Below are positions 27,579 through 37,276 of a DNA stretch of 64,000 nucleotides, in pieces. The stretch is from Candidatus Nealsonbacteria bacterium (GTDB lineage Bacteria; Patescibacteriota; Minisyncoccia; Minisyncoccales; MHMH01). The stretch lies in assembly GCA_043813805.1 (NCBI GenBank), contig JBDRKR010000010.1, forward strand, positions 16,696 to 80,695, in the 5' to 3' direction. The notes under the pieces are model-generated. The model did not search any database. It was given only the letters and a program-made list of their open reading frames with translations, and was not told where the DNA came from. Within the stretch, counting starts at the first letter, position 1, and each line of letters opens with the position of its first letter. The position numbers were made by a program, and so were the translations under genes.

Positions 27579-27896
27579 ATGCTGGAATTTAACGATGAAA
27601 ATTTTGAAGAGGAAGTTTTAAAATCAGAAAAACTCGTTTTGGTTGATCTTTGGCGACCGGGATGCGGGGCCTGTTTGATAATGGCTCCTGTTATTGAGGA
27701 ATTAGCCAAAGAGTTCGAGGGCAGGGTAAAAGTCGGAAAACTAAACGTGTTTGAAAATCCCGAAACCGCCCGATCCTATAAAATTCCGGCCGTACCTACG
27801 TTTATTATCTTTAAGGGCGGAAAACCGATAGAAAAAGCGGTCGGATTGCGGTTAAAGCAGGTGTTGTCCGATAAGCTTAACTCGCTGATAAATTAA
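27579..27896 (+). CDS. thioredoxin family protein with atypical active site (WRPGCGAC)
   Basis: NFEEEVLKS..VLVD, CxxC, cis-Pro VPTF, FKGG. Confidence 0.88.
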   Translation: MLEFNDENFEEEVLKSEKLVLVDLWRPGCGACLIMAPVIEELAKEFEGRVKVGKLNVFENPETARSYKIPAVPTFIIFKGGKPIEKAVGLRLKQVLSDKLNSLIN

Positions 27897-27954
27897 GCGA
27901 GGCCGAACTTCAATTAATATCGCTGAACGGGCGATATTTTGGTAGAATAAAAGC

Positions 27955-28173
27955 ATGAAGATTTTTGTTAAGGTAAAACCAGCGGCGAAAGAGGATAAGG
28001 TGGAAAAGATTAACGAGACCACTTTTTATATTGAAGTGAAAGAGCCGCCCGTAAAAGGCAGAGCGAATGCGGCCGTAATCAGGACACTCGCCGATTATTT
28101 TGGCATTGCCCAAGCGGATGTGAAAATTATTTCGGGTTATACTTCAAGATTAAAAACCATTGAAATCAAATGA
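27955..28173 (+). CDS. DUF167 (YggU) family protein
   Basis: VKVKP, EPPVKGRAN, IISGYTSRLK. Confidence 0.9.
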   Translation: MKIFVKVKPAAKEDKVEKINETTFYIEVKEPPVKGRANAAVIRTLADYFGIAQADVKIISGYTSRLKTIEIK

Positions 28174-28390
28174 AGATGGGGGATTCGGTTAAATTAATGG
28201 AAGCCGAGCCTTATTGACAAAAATATAAAGATTTGCTATATTTTAAAACTTAGAAGAGTATATCTTCTATTTTTGTTCTTTCATAGATATGGGAAAAGAG
28301 AATTTAAGGGAGGTGATATTGATGTAGATAGGTAACAAAGAAAAACCGGTTGACTTTTGGGAGAGTCCGAAAAAACAAAAGGAGTAAAAA

Positions 28391-29260
28391 GTGAGGAAAC
28401 TAATATCTTTTGCCACAACCCTGCTGATGGTAACCTGTTTACTGATTTCGTTCGCATTGCCCGTTCAAGCCGCCAAGCCGGCGGGGAACCTGGCCGGCGC
28501 CCAGACGGTAGCCTGGAATCTTTCCGCTGCCGTGATGCCTGTGCCGCCTTACGGATCGCGGGATATCCCGGGCTCTGACACGGCGTCAAAACTGATTGTC
28601 AACCAGCCAAACGGCAACAATATTGTCACTATGACCGGCGTTATGAACGGCCTGCATCCCAACACGGTTTACACGGTTTATTTATCAAAGGGATACACGC
28701 CCTATATGGACACCGGCTGGAGTGTCGTCGGAACGTGGATACTCCGTTTTAACCTGGGCGGCAATTATGATCACGATATAATCATCGACGTTCAATCCGG
28801 TGGGACCTTCTCGGGCACCGGCGGCTACCCGGCAAGCGGCCCGCCCTACAGCATCACTGAAACCGTTACCGGGAACATCAACGTTATGACCGGGGCTATA
28901 GCCATGCATTCGGTCTATAACAACGGTTATTGGTATGATGCGGTGGGAACGATAGCGCCCAACGGTACCATGAGCGGTACTTGGGGCAACGCGGGCCAGG
29001 GATACGGTCACGCCTGGTATTCAACATCGGGTAATGCCGTCAAAACACATACTGGCAGCACCGGGTGGCCAGGATTGTTCACCGGTACCGTACAGCCGTT
29101 TACGTTTATGACTGACGCAACTGGAGCCGGGAGCTGGCACGTCAACCTAACCGACGCCGATTTGCCAATCGGAGGACCGCTATACAATCTTTCGGTCTGG
29201 ATTAACGAAGCCGGTCTCACTATGCTCATCAGTGGCACCTTCCAGATTACCGTCGGGTAA
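28391..29260 (+). CDS. secreted Gly/Thr-rich beta-protein
   Basis: Signal peptide ending VQA-A; AAGGAG SD, GTG start; terminator at 29283-29312. Confidence 0.75.
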   Translation: MRKLISFATTLLMVTCLLISFALPVQAAKPAGNLAGAQTVAWNLSAAVMPVPPYGSRDIPGSDTASKLIVNQPNGNNIVTMTGVMNGLHPNTVYTVYLSKGYTPYMDTGWSVVGTWILRFNLGGNYDHDIIIDVQSGGTFSGTGGYPASGPPYSITETVTGNINVMTGAIAMHSVYNNGYWYDAVGTIAPNGTMSGTWGNAGQGYGHAWYSTSGNAVKTHTGSTGWPGLFTGTVQPFTFMTDATGAGSWHVNLTDADLPIGGPLYNLSVWINEAGLTMLISGTFQITVG

Positions 29261-29389
29261 TCGACATCTCTTTTTTGAAAAAAGGGGACTGTAGTAAAAC
29301 TGCAGTCCTCTTTTATTTTTGCCGCCTTTTGCGCGTTTTTTTTGATTCTTTCGCTTGCGAGCTTCGGACAGACGCAGTAGAATTAAATA

Positions 29390-29512
29390 ATGAAAATAAA
29401 AATGAAGATAGGGGATTTGATTAAAATAAAAATGAAGTGGTGGCAGGCATTTTTGTTTTTTCTTTTAATCAGCAGTGTTATAATGTTGTTGGAGATTTTA
29501 TTAATAAAATAA
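29390..29512 (+). CDS. 40-aa single-TM peptide (not in ORF track)
   Basis: MKIKMKIGDLIKIKMKWWQAFLFFLLISSVIMLLEILLIK; TAGAAT 6 nt upstream (leaderless). Confidence 0.45.
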   Translation: MKIKMKIGDLIKIKMKWWQAFLFFLLISSVIMLLEILLIK

Positions 29513-29522
29513 CAAATCATAC

Positions 29523-30122
29523 ATGAAAAACATCATTCTTATTGCCGTTTTAATTTTAATCGCCGTTGCTTCGGTTTACTACTTCGGTTTTTACCAAAAG
29601 AAAACCATCGGAGAACCAGCGGGAGGGGAAAACCAAAATCAAAATACGGGCCTGGCCAATCCGGCCTCAGTTAACTGCGAGAATCAGGGCGGAGCGGGCG
29701 AAACCAGGATGTTTGCCGGCGGGCAAAGAGGGTTTTGTTTATTTCCCGACGGTTCACGGTGCGATGAATGGGATTTATACCAGGGTTACTGTGCCAAGGG
29801 CCTGCTGAAAATAGAGGTTTTAAAACGAGGATCCGGAGTTTTGGCGGAGGAGGGCAATACGGTGAGCGTTCATTATACCGGTACCTTATCAGACGGCACG
29901 AAATTCGATTCGAGCATAGACCGGGGCCAGCCTTTTTCTTTTACCTTAGGCGAGGGACGGGTGATCGCGGGCTGGGAACAGGGGGTTTTGGGGATGCAGG
30001 CGGGTGAAAAAGTAAAACTGACGATTGCCCCTGAACTTGGTTACGGGCCATCGGGAGCCGGCGGGATTATTCCGCCCAACGCCACGCTGATTTTCGAAGT
30101 GGAACTTTTGGAGATTAATTAA
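29523..30122 (+). CDS. DUF333 + FKBP-type peptidyl-prolyl isomerase, membrane anchored
   Basis: GLANPASVNC...CDEW; VHYTG, FDSS, VIAGW, GYG, IPPNATLIFEVELL. Confidence 0.93.
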   Translation: MKNIILIAVLILIAVASVYYFGFYQKKTIGEPAGGENQNQNTGLANPASVNCENQGGAGETRMFAGGQRGFCLFPDGSRCDEWDLYQGYCAKGLLKIEVLKRGSGVLAEEGNTVSVHYTGTLSDGTKFDSSIDRGQPFSFTLGEGRVIAGWEQGVLGMQAGEKVKLTIAPELGYGPSGAGGIIPPNATLIFEVELLEIN

Positions 30123-30129
30123 GAAATTC

Positions 30130-30975
30130 ATGGCGGTTTTATTCGTTACTAACGCAGCCGGAGAAAAAGAACCGTTTTCTTACAGAAAAATATACCGCTC
30201 GGCCAAAAGAGCGGGCGCTTCGGGGAAGCTTGCTAAAAGAATCGCCGACATTGTCGGCAGAGAAGCTTATCCCGGCATCAAAACCTCTGAACTTTTCAAA
30301 AGGATAAAGGAATTGCTTCATCAGGAGATTCCTCAAGCCGCTTTAAGGTTTAATATCAAGGATGCCATGAGGAAACTGGGGCCCACGGGTTTTCCTTTTG
30401 AGAAATATATAGCCGAAATTCTGAAAAGCCTGGGATATCAGGTCAAAATCAACCAGTTTTTGCCGGGGCATTGCATTTCAAGCTATGAGATAGACTTTGT
30501 GGCCGAAAAAGGAAAAACCATTTATGTGGGGGAGTGCAAATATAAACAGGCTTTTGGGGAAAGGGTTCATTATATATATGCTCTGGCGAATTACGCCCGA
30601 TTTCTGGATATTCTCAACGGCCGATATTTTAAATCAAATAAATACCGGGGTTATGAGATTAAAACGATGATGGCGACGAATACCAAGTTTACCTCAACGA
30701 CCCTGGATTATGCCCGTTGCGTCGGGATCGATCTTCTGGGCTGGAATTACCCCAAAGGCAGGGGGCTGGAATATTTAATAGACAGGGAGGGGCTTTATCC
30801 CATTACTATTCTGCCCTCATTGAAAGGATATCTTAAAGATATTTTTATCCGGGAAAAAATCATGCTGGTGAAAGACGTTCTTAAAATCGACCCCCAGAAA
30901 TTTGCGAGGAACTTCAGAATACCGGTAAGCCAGATCAAACTTTTGGTGGAGCAGGCGAAAACTTTATTAAAATAA
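30130..30975 (+). CDS. ATP-cone + Mrr-like PD-(D/E)XK endonuclease protein
   Basis: N-terminal GEKEPFSYRKI ATP cone; GPTGFPFE, EIDFVA, ECKY. Confidence 0.82.
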   Translation: MAVLFVTNAAGEKEPFSYRKIYRSAKRAGASGKLAKRIADIVGREAYPGIKTSELFKRIKELLHQEIPQAALRFNIKDAMRKLGPTGFPFEKYIAEILKSLGYQVKINQFLPGHCISSYEIDFVAEKGKTIYVGECKYKQAFGERVHYIYALANYARFLDILNGRYFKSNKYRGYEIKTMMATNTKFTSTTLDYARCVGIDLLGWNYPKGRGLEYLIDREGLYPITILPSLKGYLKDIFIREKIMLVKDVLKIDPQKFARNFRIPVSQIKLLVEQAKTLLK

Positions 30976-31010
30976 TGAGTATGATAAAATAAGATTACAA
31001 AATATTATAT

Positions 31011-31628
31011 ATGGATTTTCACAATACTTTTTTATATCATTTCGTCGTAGCCTTAATGTCGCTTTTGCTGGGATTTGTTTTTTATTTGGCGGGGATAGAG
31101 TTGGGCAGAGCTATCGCAGGGGTTGCTTTTACTCTTCTTTTTTTAACGCTTATTATCGGTCCTGTAATGAGGCTTTGGCGGCCGGTTCTCGAGGTCTTGC
31201 CCTGGCAATTGCCTTGGAGTTGGCGAGGGGAGCTCGGTATTTGGTTTACGATTGTCTCGATTATCCACGTGCTTTATGTTTTTTCCGGCAGGCAGTGGGA
31301 TGTCATCGGTTATCTGACTGGAATGAGACTCGCGGATTTGGTCGCATTCGTTGCCATCTTTTTGGCGCTGATTTTAACAGTTACCTCTATCGGCGGAGTC
31401 ATCAAATTCTTGGGAGTCGCATCTTGGAGGTGGCTTCATAGCTTCACTTACGTTGTTTTTTATCTCGTTGGCGCCCATGTTATCAATCATGCTTTTTTGA
31501 GGTCGGACCGGCCGGAGGATTGGCTTCATTGGCTGTATTTGGTCATGATATTGATTGTGATTATTTTGCAATTCAGCGCTTTTGTGAAAACCGTCGCTCA
31601 ATACCGCAAGGACGCAAAGTCTTTGTAA
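31011..31628 (+). CDS. ferric-reductase-like (MsrQ/YedZ) transmembrane protein
   Basis: WRGELG...H, LTVTS, WRWLHSFTY...H; 6 TM. Confidence 0.8.
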   Translation: MDFHNTFLYHFVVALMSLLLGFVFYLAGIELGRAIAGVAFTLLFLTLIIGPVMRLWRPVLEVLPWQLPWSWRGELGIWFTIVSIIHVLYVFSGRQWDVIGYLTGMRLADLVAFVAIFLALILTVTSIGGVIKFLGVASWRWLHSFTYVVFYLVGAHVINHAFLRSDRPEDWLHWLYLVMILIVIILQFSAFVKTVAQYRKDAKSL

Positions 31629-31630
31629 TC

Positions 31631-31662
31631 AAAAACGGCCCCGCTTAACGGGGCCGTTTTTG
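31631..31662. terminator. bidirectional terminator between convergent genes
   Basis: aaaaacggccccg-cttaa-cggggccgttttt. Confidence 0.85.
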
Positions 31663-31682
31663 TGTTTTGAGCGAAAAAGATA

Positions 31683-31997
31683 TTATTTCCTCAAAATTTT
31701 CGGTACGGGCAAGCCGAGTTTCCCGAGATTATCCAATATTGAGCCGGCTAAAGCAAGAAGAATCAGCCAATAAGCCAGAGTCACCATTATGGACAGAGAG
31801 GGCAGAGCTGAACCTACCGCCGAAATGACAGCAAAACCGAAGACATAAACCAAAACACCCCTCTTCATAAAGCCGGCCACCTTTCCCAAGACAAATGTTT
31901 TCTTTATGAGGGCCACGATGATGCCCAAAACAACGTCAACTCCTATTAGAGTGACAATCATTTGAACTTGACTGGTAGCTAAAATTTCTATAAACAT
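31683..31997 (-). CDS. small membrane protein, holin-like
   Basis: 3 TM; D..LG, SILDNLGKLGLPVPKIL resembles phage holin family 4. Confidence 0.65.
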   Translation of the reverse strand: MFIEILATSQVQMIVTLIGVDVVLGIIVALIKKTFVLGKVAGFMKRGVLVYVFGFAVISAVGSALPSLSIMVTLAYWLILLALAGSILDNLGKLGLPVPKILRK

Positions 31998-32122
31998 GTT
32001 TTTCTTTCTTATTTAAAAATCGTTTCGACCTTTAAATTACTCCATTATAAACCCAAACAGCTCTGTCAACAACCCGCAACTAAACCGTGGTATAATAAAT
32101 CAATATAATAATCCGATTAAGC

Positions 32123-32166
32123 GATTTACGAAATCCCATCATAATATGTTGGATTTCGTAAATCCA
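32123..32166. repeat. doublet of GGATTTACGAAATCC palindromes (inverted copy at 43473-43515)
   Basis: 44 nt matching the reverse complement of 43473-43515 except one indel. Confidence 0.88.
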
Positions 32167-32206
32167 CACATTAAAGGTCGGGAGATTTAAATCTTTATCA
32201 GTACAT

Positions 32207-32410
32207 ATGAAAATTATAGGTTTAATAGCAGTCATCTTAGTTGTCATCGGAGGGTTGAATTGGGGGCTTATCGGTTTTTTTAAATATGACTTGGTGGCGA
32301 CGATTTTCGGCGATATGACCACGACAACGCGCGTCATCTACGCTTTAATCGGACTCGCCGCGCTTTCCAAGCTGTGTATGTGCAAGAGGCACTGCTGTAA
32401 GGCAGAGTAA
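32207..32410 (+). CDS. DUF378 family membrane protein
   Basis: LVVIGGLNWGLIGFF..DLV..IFG..RVIYALIG. Confidence 0.92.
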   Translation: MKIIGLIAVILVVIGGLNWGLIGFFKYDLVATIFGDMTTTTRVIYALIGLAALSKLCMCKRHCCKAE

Positions 32411-32462
32411 GCTTTAGAATGTTTAGCAAACGAAATGACTCCGCTTGGCGGGGTCATTTTCG

Positions 32463-32531
32463 TTGACAGAGTAACTCCGAGTGTTATAGTCAAAAATACA
32501 GTTGATCTTTGAACAAATTATAATAAGGAGG
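32463..32531 (+). promoter_or_regulatory. promoter + boxA-like motif + SD of the radical SAM operon
   Basis: TTGACA-16-TATAGT (32463-32490), GATCTTTGAACA (32504-32515), AAGGAGG. Confidence 0.7.
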
Positions 32532-32535
32532 CAGA

Positions 32536-33552
32536 ATGCGAAGAAAACACCAGTTGCGCGTAGCGGTGCTTGAGACGACTAATCGCTGCAATCTTAATTG
32601 TTTGATTTGCGGGTCCGGTTCCGGGAATAAATTGAATCCAAAAGAACTTGATGGGCTCGAATGGTGCGGGGTAATCGGCGAGCTGGCTGATATGGGCGTA
32701 AGGAAAATCTTTTTCAGCGGCGGAGAGCCGACCTTGAAGCCGGGCGTTGAGGAGATGATCAATCTCGTTGCCGATCTGGATATAAACTGGGGCATGGTTT
32801 CGAACGGCCTTTATGTCCCAGAAAATCTGCTTGATCTTTTTGAAATGCGCAAACCCGTGGCTATAGGGTTGAGCGTCGACGGATTGCAGGAGACGCACAA
32901 TATGTTGCGTAAGAATCCCAACAGTTTCCGGATGGTTCTGAGGTATCTCAAAGAATTTCAGAAAAGGGAAATTCCCTGCAGCGTTATAACCACCATCCAT
33001 AAGAGGAATTGGCGCGAATTGTTCAACATTGCCGGATTCGTTCTGGAAAACAAAATCTACGGCTGGCAGATTCAACTGGCTATGCCGTTTGGCCGCATGA
33101 AGGAGAGTCCCGATCTTTTATTGTCGCAAGAAGAATTCTTGCAAGCCTGTTTGATGGTGGAGAAAATCAGAAAGATAATGCCCGAAGTGAATATTGCGGC
33201 CGCCGATTGCTTTGCCTGGGCGCCTTCCGGAAAAATCAGAAACGGCCAATGGCAGGGCTGCAGTGCGGGCTTGGAGTCGGTAGGCATAGATGCTTTAGGT
33301 AATGTCAGAGGTTGCCTTTCCATGACCGAATGCGTGCCCGAGGGAAACGTCAGAGAGAGGAGCTTTTCTCAAATCTGGCAGGATGAGAGCTTATTTTCTT
33401 ACAACCGCAAGTTCAATCCACAGAACACTTCGCCCGTCTGCCAAGGGTGTCCTAAAATAATGAGGTGCCGGGGCGGGTGCAATAGTCAGTCGTTTTCCAT
33501 GACCGGCAAGTTCCAGCAAGGAGCTTACTGTTGGTACAAATCAAGAAAATAG
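32536..33552 (+). CDS. radical SAM/SPASM peptide maturase, splicease-like
   Basis: CNLNCLICGS, SGGEP, SVDG..H..R, WQIQL...GR, WQGCSAG..GIDALGNVRGCLS, CxxC-x5-CxGGC..YC. Confidence 0.88.
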   Translation: MRRKHQLRVAVLETTNRCNLNCLICGSGSGNKLNPKELDGLEWCGVIGELADMGVRKIFFSGGEPTLKPGVEEMINLVADLDINWGMVSNGLYVPENLLDLFEMRKPVAIGLSVDGLQETHNMLRKNPNSFRMVLRYLKEFQKREIPCSVITTIHKRNWRELFNIAGFVLENKIYGWQIQLAMPFGRMKESPDLLLSQEEFLQACLMVEKIRKIMPEVNIAAADCFAWAPSGKIRNGQWQGCSAGLESVGIDALGNVRGCLSMTECVPEGNVRERSFSQIWQDESLFSYNRKFNPQNTSPVCQGCPKIMRCRGGCNSQSFSMTGKFQQGAYCWYKSRK

Positions 33553-33566
33553 AGGAGGTGAAAAAG

Positions 33567-34031
33567 GTGAGTAGAGATACGGTTTTCAAGTATGGGCCGT
33601 CCGAACCGAGTTGGACGCCGCCGCCGAGCCGGCTGATGATAATCAAATATGGCCCGCCGGAACCGCGACCGCCGATATTTGATAAATACGCTCCAATCGA
33701 ACCGTGCAAGCCCGGAGTTAAGCCGAAAGAGAAGGAAGACAAGAGAGAAAAAGAAATCCAGTTTATTTCAAATCAAATCACCGAGTGCCTGAAGAAAATC
33801 GAGAAGCTTCTGGAGAAAATTGAGCTTTTGGCGGTGCGTAGGCAAAATATCGATGAGGTGAATATCGAACTCGGCTCTTGCATTGCCGAACTGGCATTGT
33901 TGCACGCGAAATTGTCCGACCTGCAGAAACCGGTCGAGAACGTGGTGATGGAGATGCCGCGCGGGAAAACCGACAGGGGTTTCATCGCCTATATCGTCAC
34001 TGCGCCAGCCCGACCGACAAAGAAAGAATAA
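33567..34031 (+). CDS. putative rSAM substrate: Pro-rich N-terminus with KYGP/KYGP/KYAP motifs, then a coiled coil
   Basis: GTG at 33567 after GGAGGTG SD, 14 nt after the rSAM stop. Confidence 0.72.
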   Translation: MSRDTVFKYGPSEPSWTPPPSRLMIIKYGPPEPRPPIFDKYAPIEPCKPGVKPKEKEDKREKEIQFISNQITECLKKIEKLLEKIELLAVRRQNIDEVNIELGSCIAELALLHAKLSDLQKPVENVVMEMPRGKTDRGFIAYIVTAPARPTKKE

Positions 34032-34038
34032 ACAGAAC

Positions 34039-34072
34039 AAAAAAGGCGTTCTTACTAAAAGGACGCCTTTTT
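34039..34072 (+). terminator. Rho-independent terminator closing the rSAM operon
   Basis: aaaaaggcgttctt...aaggacgccttttt. Confidence 0.78.
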
Positions 34073-34188
34073 CGTTGAAGCAGTTGACAAAAAGTAGTAT
34101 GTTTGCTATGATAGTCACATAAGATATCTCACCTTAGCCGCGAACAGATTTAATGTCGCCGGTAACGTGCGACATTTTATTTTATCAT

Positions 34189-35373
34189 ATGACAATAAGA
34201 CATTTCGACAGGCAGTCCTTCCGCAAGAATTCAAGCTTCGGCGTTCCCAAAAGACGGCCGGGTTTTGCGCAGCAAATCAGCGTTGACCGGTTTATCAATA
34301 AAAACGTTGTCGCTCAAAAAGCGGAGGTTTTTACGCCGGTTCACCAGTTTGAAGATTTCAAGATTGATCAGCGCTTAAAGGCCAATATTTTGGCCAAGGG
34401 ATATAAGGCGCCGACTCCCATTCAAGATAAAATCATTGAGCATGTTTTACAGGGCTTGGATGTGGTGGGCATTGCCAATACCGGCATGGGTAAAACCGGC
34501 GCCTTTCTTATTCCCTTAATCCAGAAAGCCTTATCGAGCCCTCAGGAAAAAGTTCTGATTGTGGTGCCGACCCGCGAGCTGGCCACGCAAATCAATCAGG
34601 AGTTTAAGAGTTTCTCCCGCGGCATTAATATTTATTCCGTTTGCTGTGTCGGCGGAGCTTCCATCGGCCGCCAGATTACCGAATTAAAAAATTACCGCAA
34701 TAATTTCATTATCGGAACTCCCGGAAGGCTGAAAGACCTGATTCAGCGAAGGGTCATTAATCTTACTCAATTTTCTACGATTGTTTTAGACGAAGCCGAC
34801 CGTATGCTGGATATGGGGTTTGTGGCCGATATGAGATATATCATGGGGCTGATGCCTTCAAAGCGCCACGCTCTTTGTTTTTCAGCCACGATGCCCAAAG
34901 AAATTGCGCTCTTGGTTAATGAATTTCTTAAAAAGCCCGTGACAATCTTTGCTAAAACAGGCGACACTCCCGAAAACATTTATCAGGATATAGTGAGAGT
35001 TTCAGGCGGCGCAAAAATAGGGACGCTTTGCAATCTTCTGGCGAAAGACGAATTTCGCAAAGTGCTTATTTTTGGCCGAACCAAGCACGGCGTGGAACGA
35101 TTGTCCAAGAACCTGACGGATTACGGTTTTAAAGCCGATTCAATCCACGGCGACAAAAATTACGCCAGCCGTATTAAGGCTTTAGAGTCGTTTAAGGCAG
35201 ACTATATCACCGTTTTGGTGGCGACGGATGTGGCAGCCCGGGGCCTTGATATTCCTGACGTGAGCCATGTCATCAATTACGATGTGCCGGCGACTTACGA
35301 AGATTATATTCACCGTATCGGCCGCACGGGCCGTATCAATAAAAGAGGCGTAGCTTTAACGTTTGTTGAGTAA
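34189..35373 (+). CDS. DEAD-box RNA helicase
   Basis: PTPIQ, TGMGKT, PTRELA, TPGR, DEADRMLDMGF, SAT, ARGLD, HRIGRTGR. Confidence 0.95.
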   Translation: MTIRHFDRQSFRKNSSFGVPKRRPGFAQQISVDRFINKNVVAQKAEVFTPVHQFEDFKIDQRLKANILAKGYKAPTPIQDKIIEHVLQGLDVVGIANTGMGKTGAFLIPLIQKALSSPQEKVLIVVPTRELATQINQEFKSFSRGINIYSVCCVGGASIGRQITELKNYRNNFIIGTPGRLKDLIQRRVINLTQFSTIVLDEADRMLDMGFVADMRYIMGLMPSKRHALCFSATMPKEIALLVNEFLKKPVTIFAKTGDTPENIYQDIVRVSGGAKIGTLCNLLAKDEFRKVLIFGRTKHGVERLSKNLTDYGFKADSIHGDKNYASRIKALESFKADYITVLVATDVAARGLDIPDVSHVINYDVPATYEDYIHRIGRTGRINKRGVALTFVE

Positions 35374-35378
35374 ACAAT

Positions 35379-37205
35379 ATGAGCGGGATTAATATCAGGA
35401 ACATCGCCATTATTGCTCACGTCAACGATGGCAAAACCACTTTGGTTGACGCTTTATTGCGCCAGTCCAAAAGCGACTTGGGGAAAGACATGGTTGATCA
35501 AACCTGCATTATGGACACGAATGACTTGGAGAAAGAAAGAAGCATGACCATCTTTTCCAAGAACGCGGCGGTTTATTATAAGGATACCAAAATCAATATC
35601 ATCGACACTCCGGGCCACGCTGATTTCGGCGGAGAGGTGGAAAGGGTTTTAAATATGGCTGACGGATGCCTGCTTTTGGTTGATGCGAAAACCGGTCCTA
35701 TGCCTCAAACGAGATTCGTTTTAAAAAAAGCGCTGGAAACCAATCATAAAATCATCGTGGTTATCAATAAAATAGACCGAGACGCCGTCCGGCCCGAGTT
35801 TGCTTTAAATGCGACCATTGATCTGTTTTTAGAATTAGGGGCGGGCGAGCGAGCTTTGGATTTCCCGATTGTTTATGCCGTGGGCCGAGACGGCAAGGCG
35901 GGATTAGAGCCCGACTTGAGTAAAATGACCGACATCTCTCCGCTTTTTGACGCGATTATTAAGCATATTCCGGCTCCGACGGGCGATTCCAAAAAACCGT
36001 TGCAGATGCTTGTCACTTCGATTACCGGGGATGATTTTAAGGGAAGAATCTGCATCGGCCGGGTCTATAACGGCGTTATCAAAGCCGGTCAAGAAATAGT
36101 CCATATTAATCGCCAAGGCGAAGCAAAAAAATATCGTCTGACTTCTTTGATGACTTTTTCGGGTTTGGGTAAAATTGAGACCGCCGAGGTTTCGGCAGGA
36201 GACATCATGGCTTTATCCGGAGTGCCCGATGCCACTGTCGGAGAAACCATTGCCGATCCGATAAATCCCGAAGCCCTGCCCTTGATTCATATCGAAGAAC
36301 CGACGGTGAAAATGACGTTCCTTGTTAACGATTCGCCTTTTGCCGGCGAAGACGGTCAATTTTCCACTTCGAGACAAATCAAAGAAAGATTATTAAAGGA
36401 ATTGGAAACCGATGTGGCTCTCAAAATTGAAGAAATAAACAGCGTGAGCTGGACGGTCTCAGGCAGGGGCGAGCTTCATCTGGCTATTTTAATAGAAATA
36501 ATGCGGAGAGAAGGCTACGAATTTCAGGTTTCGCGGCCTCAAGTTATTGTTAAAGAAATTAACGGCCAAAAATTAGTGCCGTTTGAAAAGGTTTATATTG
36601 AAACGCCGGAGCAGTTTCAAGGTACGGTTATTCAAGAATTAAGCAGCAGAAAGGGGGAGATGACAGATATGAAAAAAATAGGCGACACGGCGTTGCTTGA
36701 ATTTATAGTACCCACGCGAGGACTTTTCGGATACAGGAACGAATTTTTGACGAGTACTAAGGGTTTGGGGATAATGAATACGATTTTTCACAAGTACGAT
36801 AAAGATCCGGGCAACTGGAAAGAGGGAACTCAGGGCTCTTTGGTTGCCTGCGAAACCGGTACGACTAATTTATACGGATTAAGAAATGTTCAGGGCAGGG
36901 GAGATTTGTTTTTCGGAGCGGGAATTATGGTTTATGAAGGCCAGGTGGTGGGGCAAAATTCAAGAATCGAAGATATCAGGGTGAATGTTTGTAAAACAAA
37001 GGTTCTTTCTAATAATCGCACCAAAGGCGACACTCACGACGAACTTCTCAAGGAGCCCAAAATTATGGGATTGGAACAGGCCCTCGAATATATTAAAGAT
37101 GATGAATTGGTGGAAGTGACTCCTAAGAATGTCCGCATCAGAAAAATATTTTTAGATGAAATATCAGCCAAGCGAGCCGCCCGTAAAGAAAAACAGGATC
37201 AATAA
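35379..37205 (+). CDS. typA: translational GTPase TypA/BipA with atypical G1/G2 motifs
   Basis: [43 protein letters not shown]. Confidence 0.92.
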   Translation: MSGINIRNIAIIAHVNDGKTTLVDALLRQSKSDLGKDMVDQTCIMDTNDLEKERSMTIFSKNAAVYYKDTKINIIDTPGHADFGGEVERVLNMADGCLLLVDAKTGPMPQTRFVLKKALETNHKIIVVINKIDRDAVRPEFALNATIDLFLELGAGERALDFPIVYAVGRDGKAGLEPDLSKMTDISPLFDAIIKHIPAPTGDSKKPLQMLVTSITGDDFKGRICIGRVYNGVIKAGQEIVHINRQGEAKKYRLTSLMTFSGLGKIETAEVSAGDIMALSGVPDATVGETIADPINPEALPLIHIEEPTVKMTFLVNDSPFAGEDGQFSTSRQIKERLLKELETDVALKIEEINSVSWTVSGRGELHLAILIEIMRREGYEFQVSRPQVIVKEINGQKLVPFEKVYIETPEQFQGTVIQELSSRKGEMTDMKKIGDTALLEFIVPTRGLFGYRNEFLTSTKGLGIMNTIFHKYDKDPGNWKEGTQGSLVACETGTTNLYGLRNVQGRGDLFFGAGIMVYEGQVVGQNSRIEDIRVNVCKTKVLSNNRTKGDTHDELLKEPKIMGLEQALEYIKDDELVEVTPKNVRIRKIFLDEISAKRAARKEKQDQ

Positions 37206-37276
37206 AAAATCGCCAAAGAGGCGGTTTTTTGGTAGGATAAAGGAATAATAAAAGTTCTGTTTTTCGACCAAAAATT

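Noticed and set aside
13944-28173. Classical integron cassette array
   Set aside because: The repeated junctions lack the RYYYAAC/GTTRRRY core sites and long imperfect attC stems, most carry their own promoter, and no IntI gene is in the window.
28306-28327. GGAGGTGA followed by ATG-TAG as a regulatory mini-ORF
   Set aside because: It is a single occurrence and could be the remnant of a lost gene start; there is nothing further to support function.
31683-31997. Prophage around the holin-like gene
   Set aside because: No endolysin, structural, terminase or integrase genes are nearby.
33531-33566. TTG start at 33531 for the putative substrate
   Set aside because: It lies inside the rSAM gene; the GTG at 33567 has a properly spaced GGAGGTG.
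34151-34175. Riboswitch in the DEAD-box helicase leader
   Set aside because: Only one 8-bp hairpin (aatgtcgc/gcgacatt) is visible, with no known aptamer consensus.
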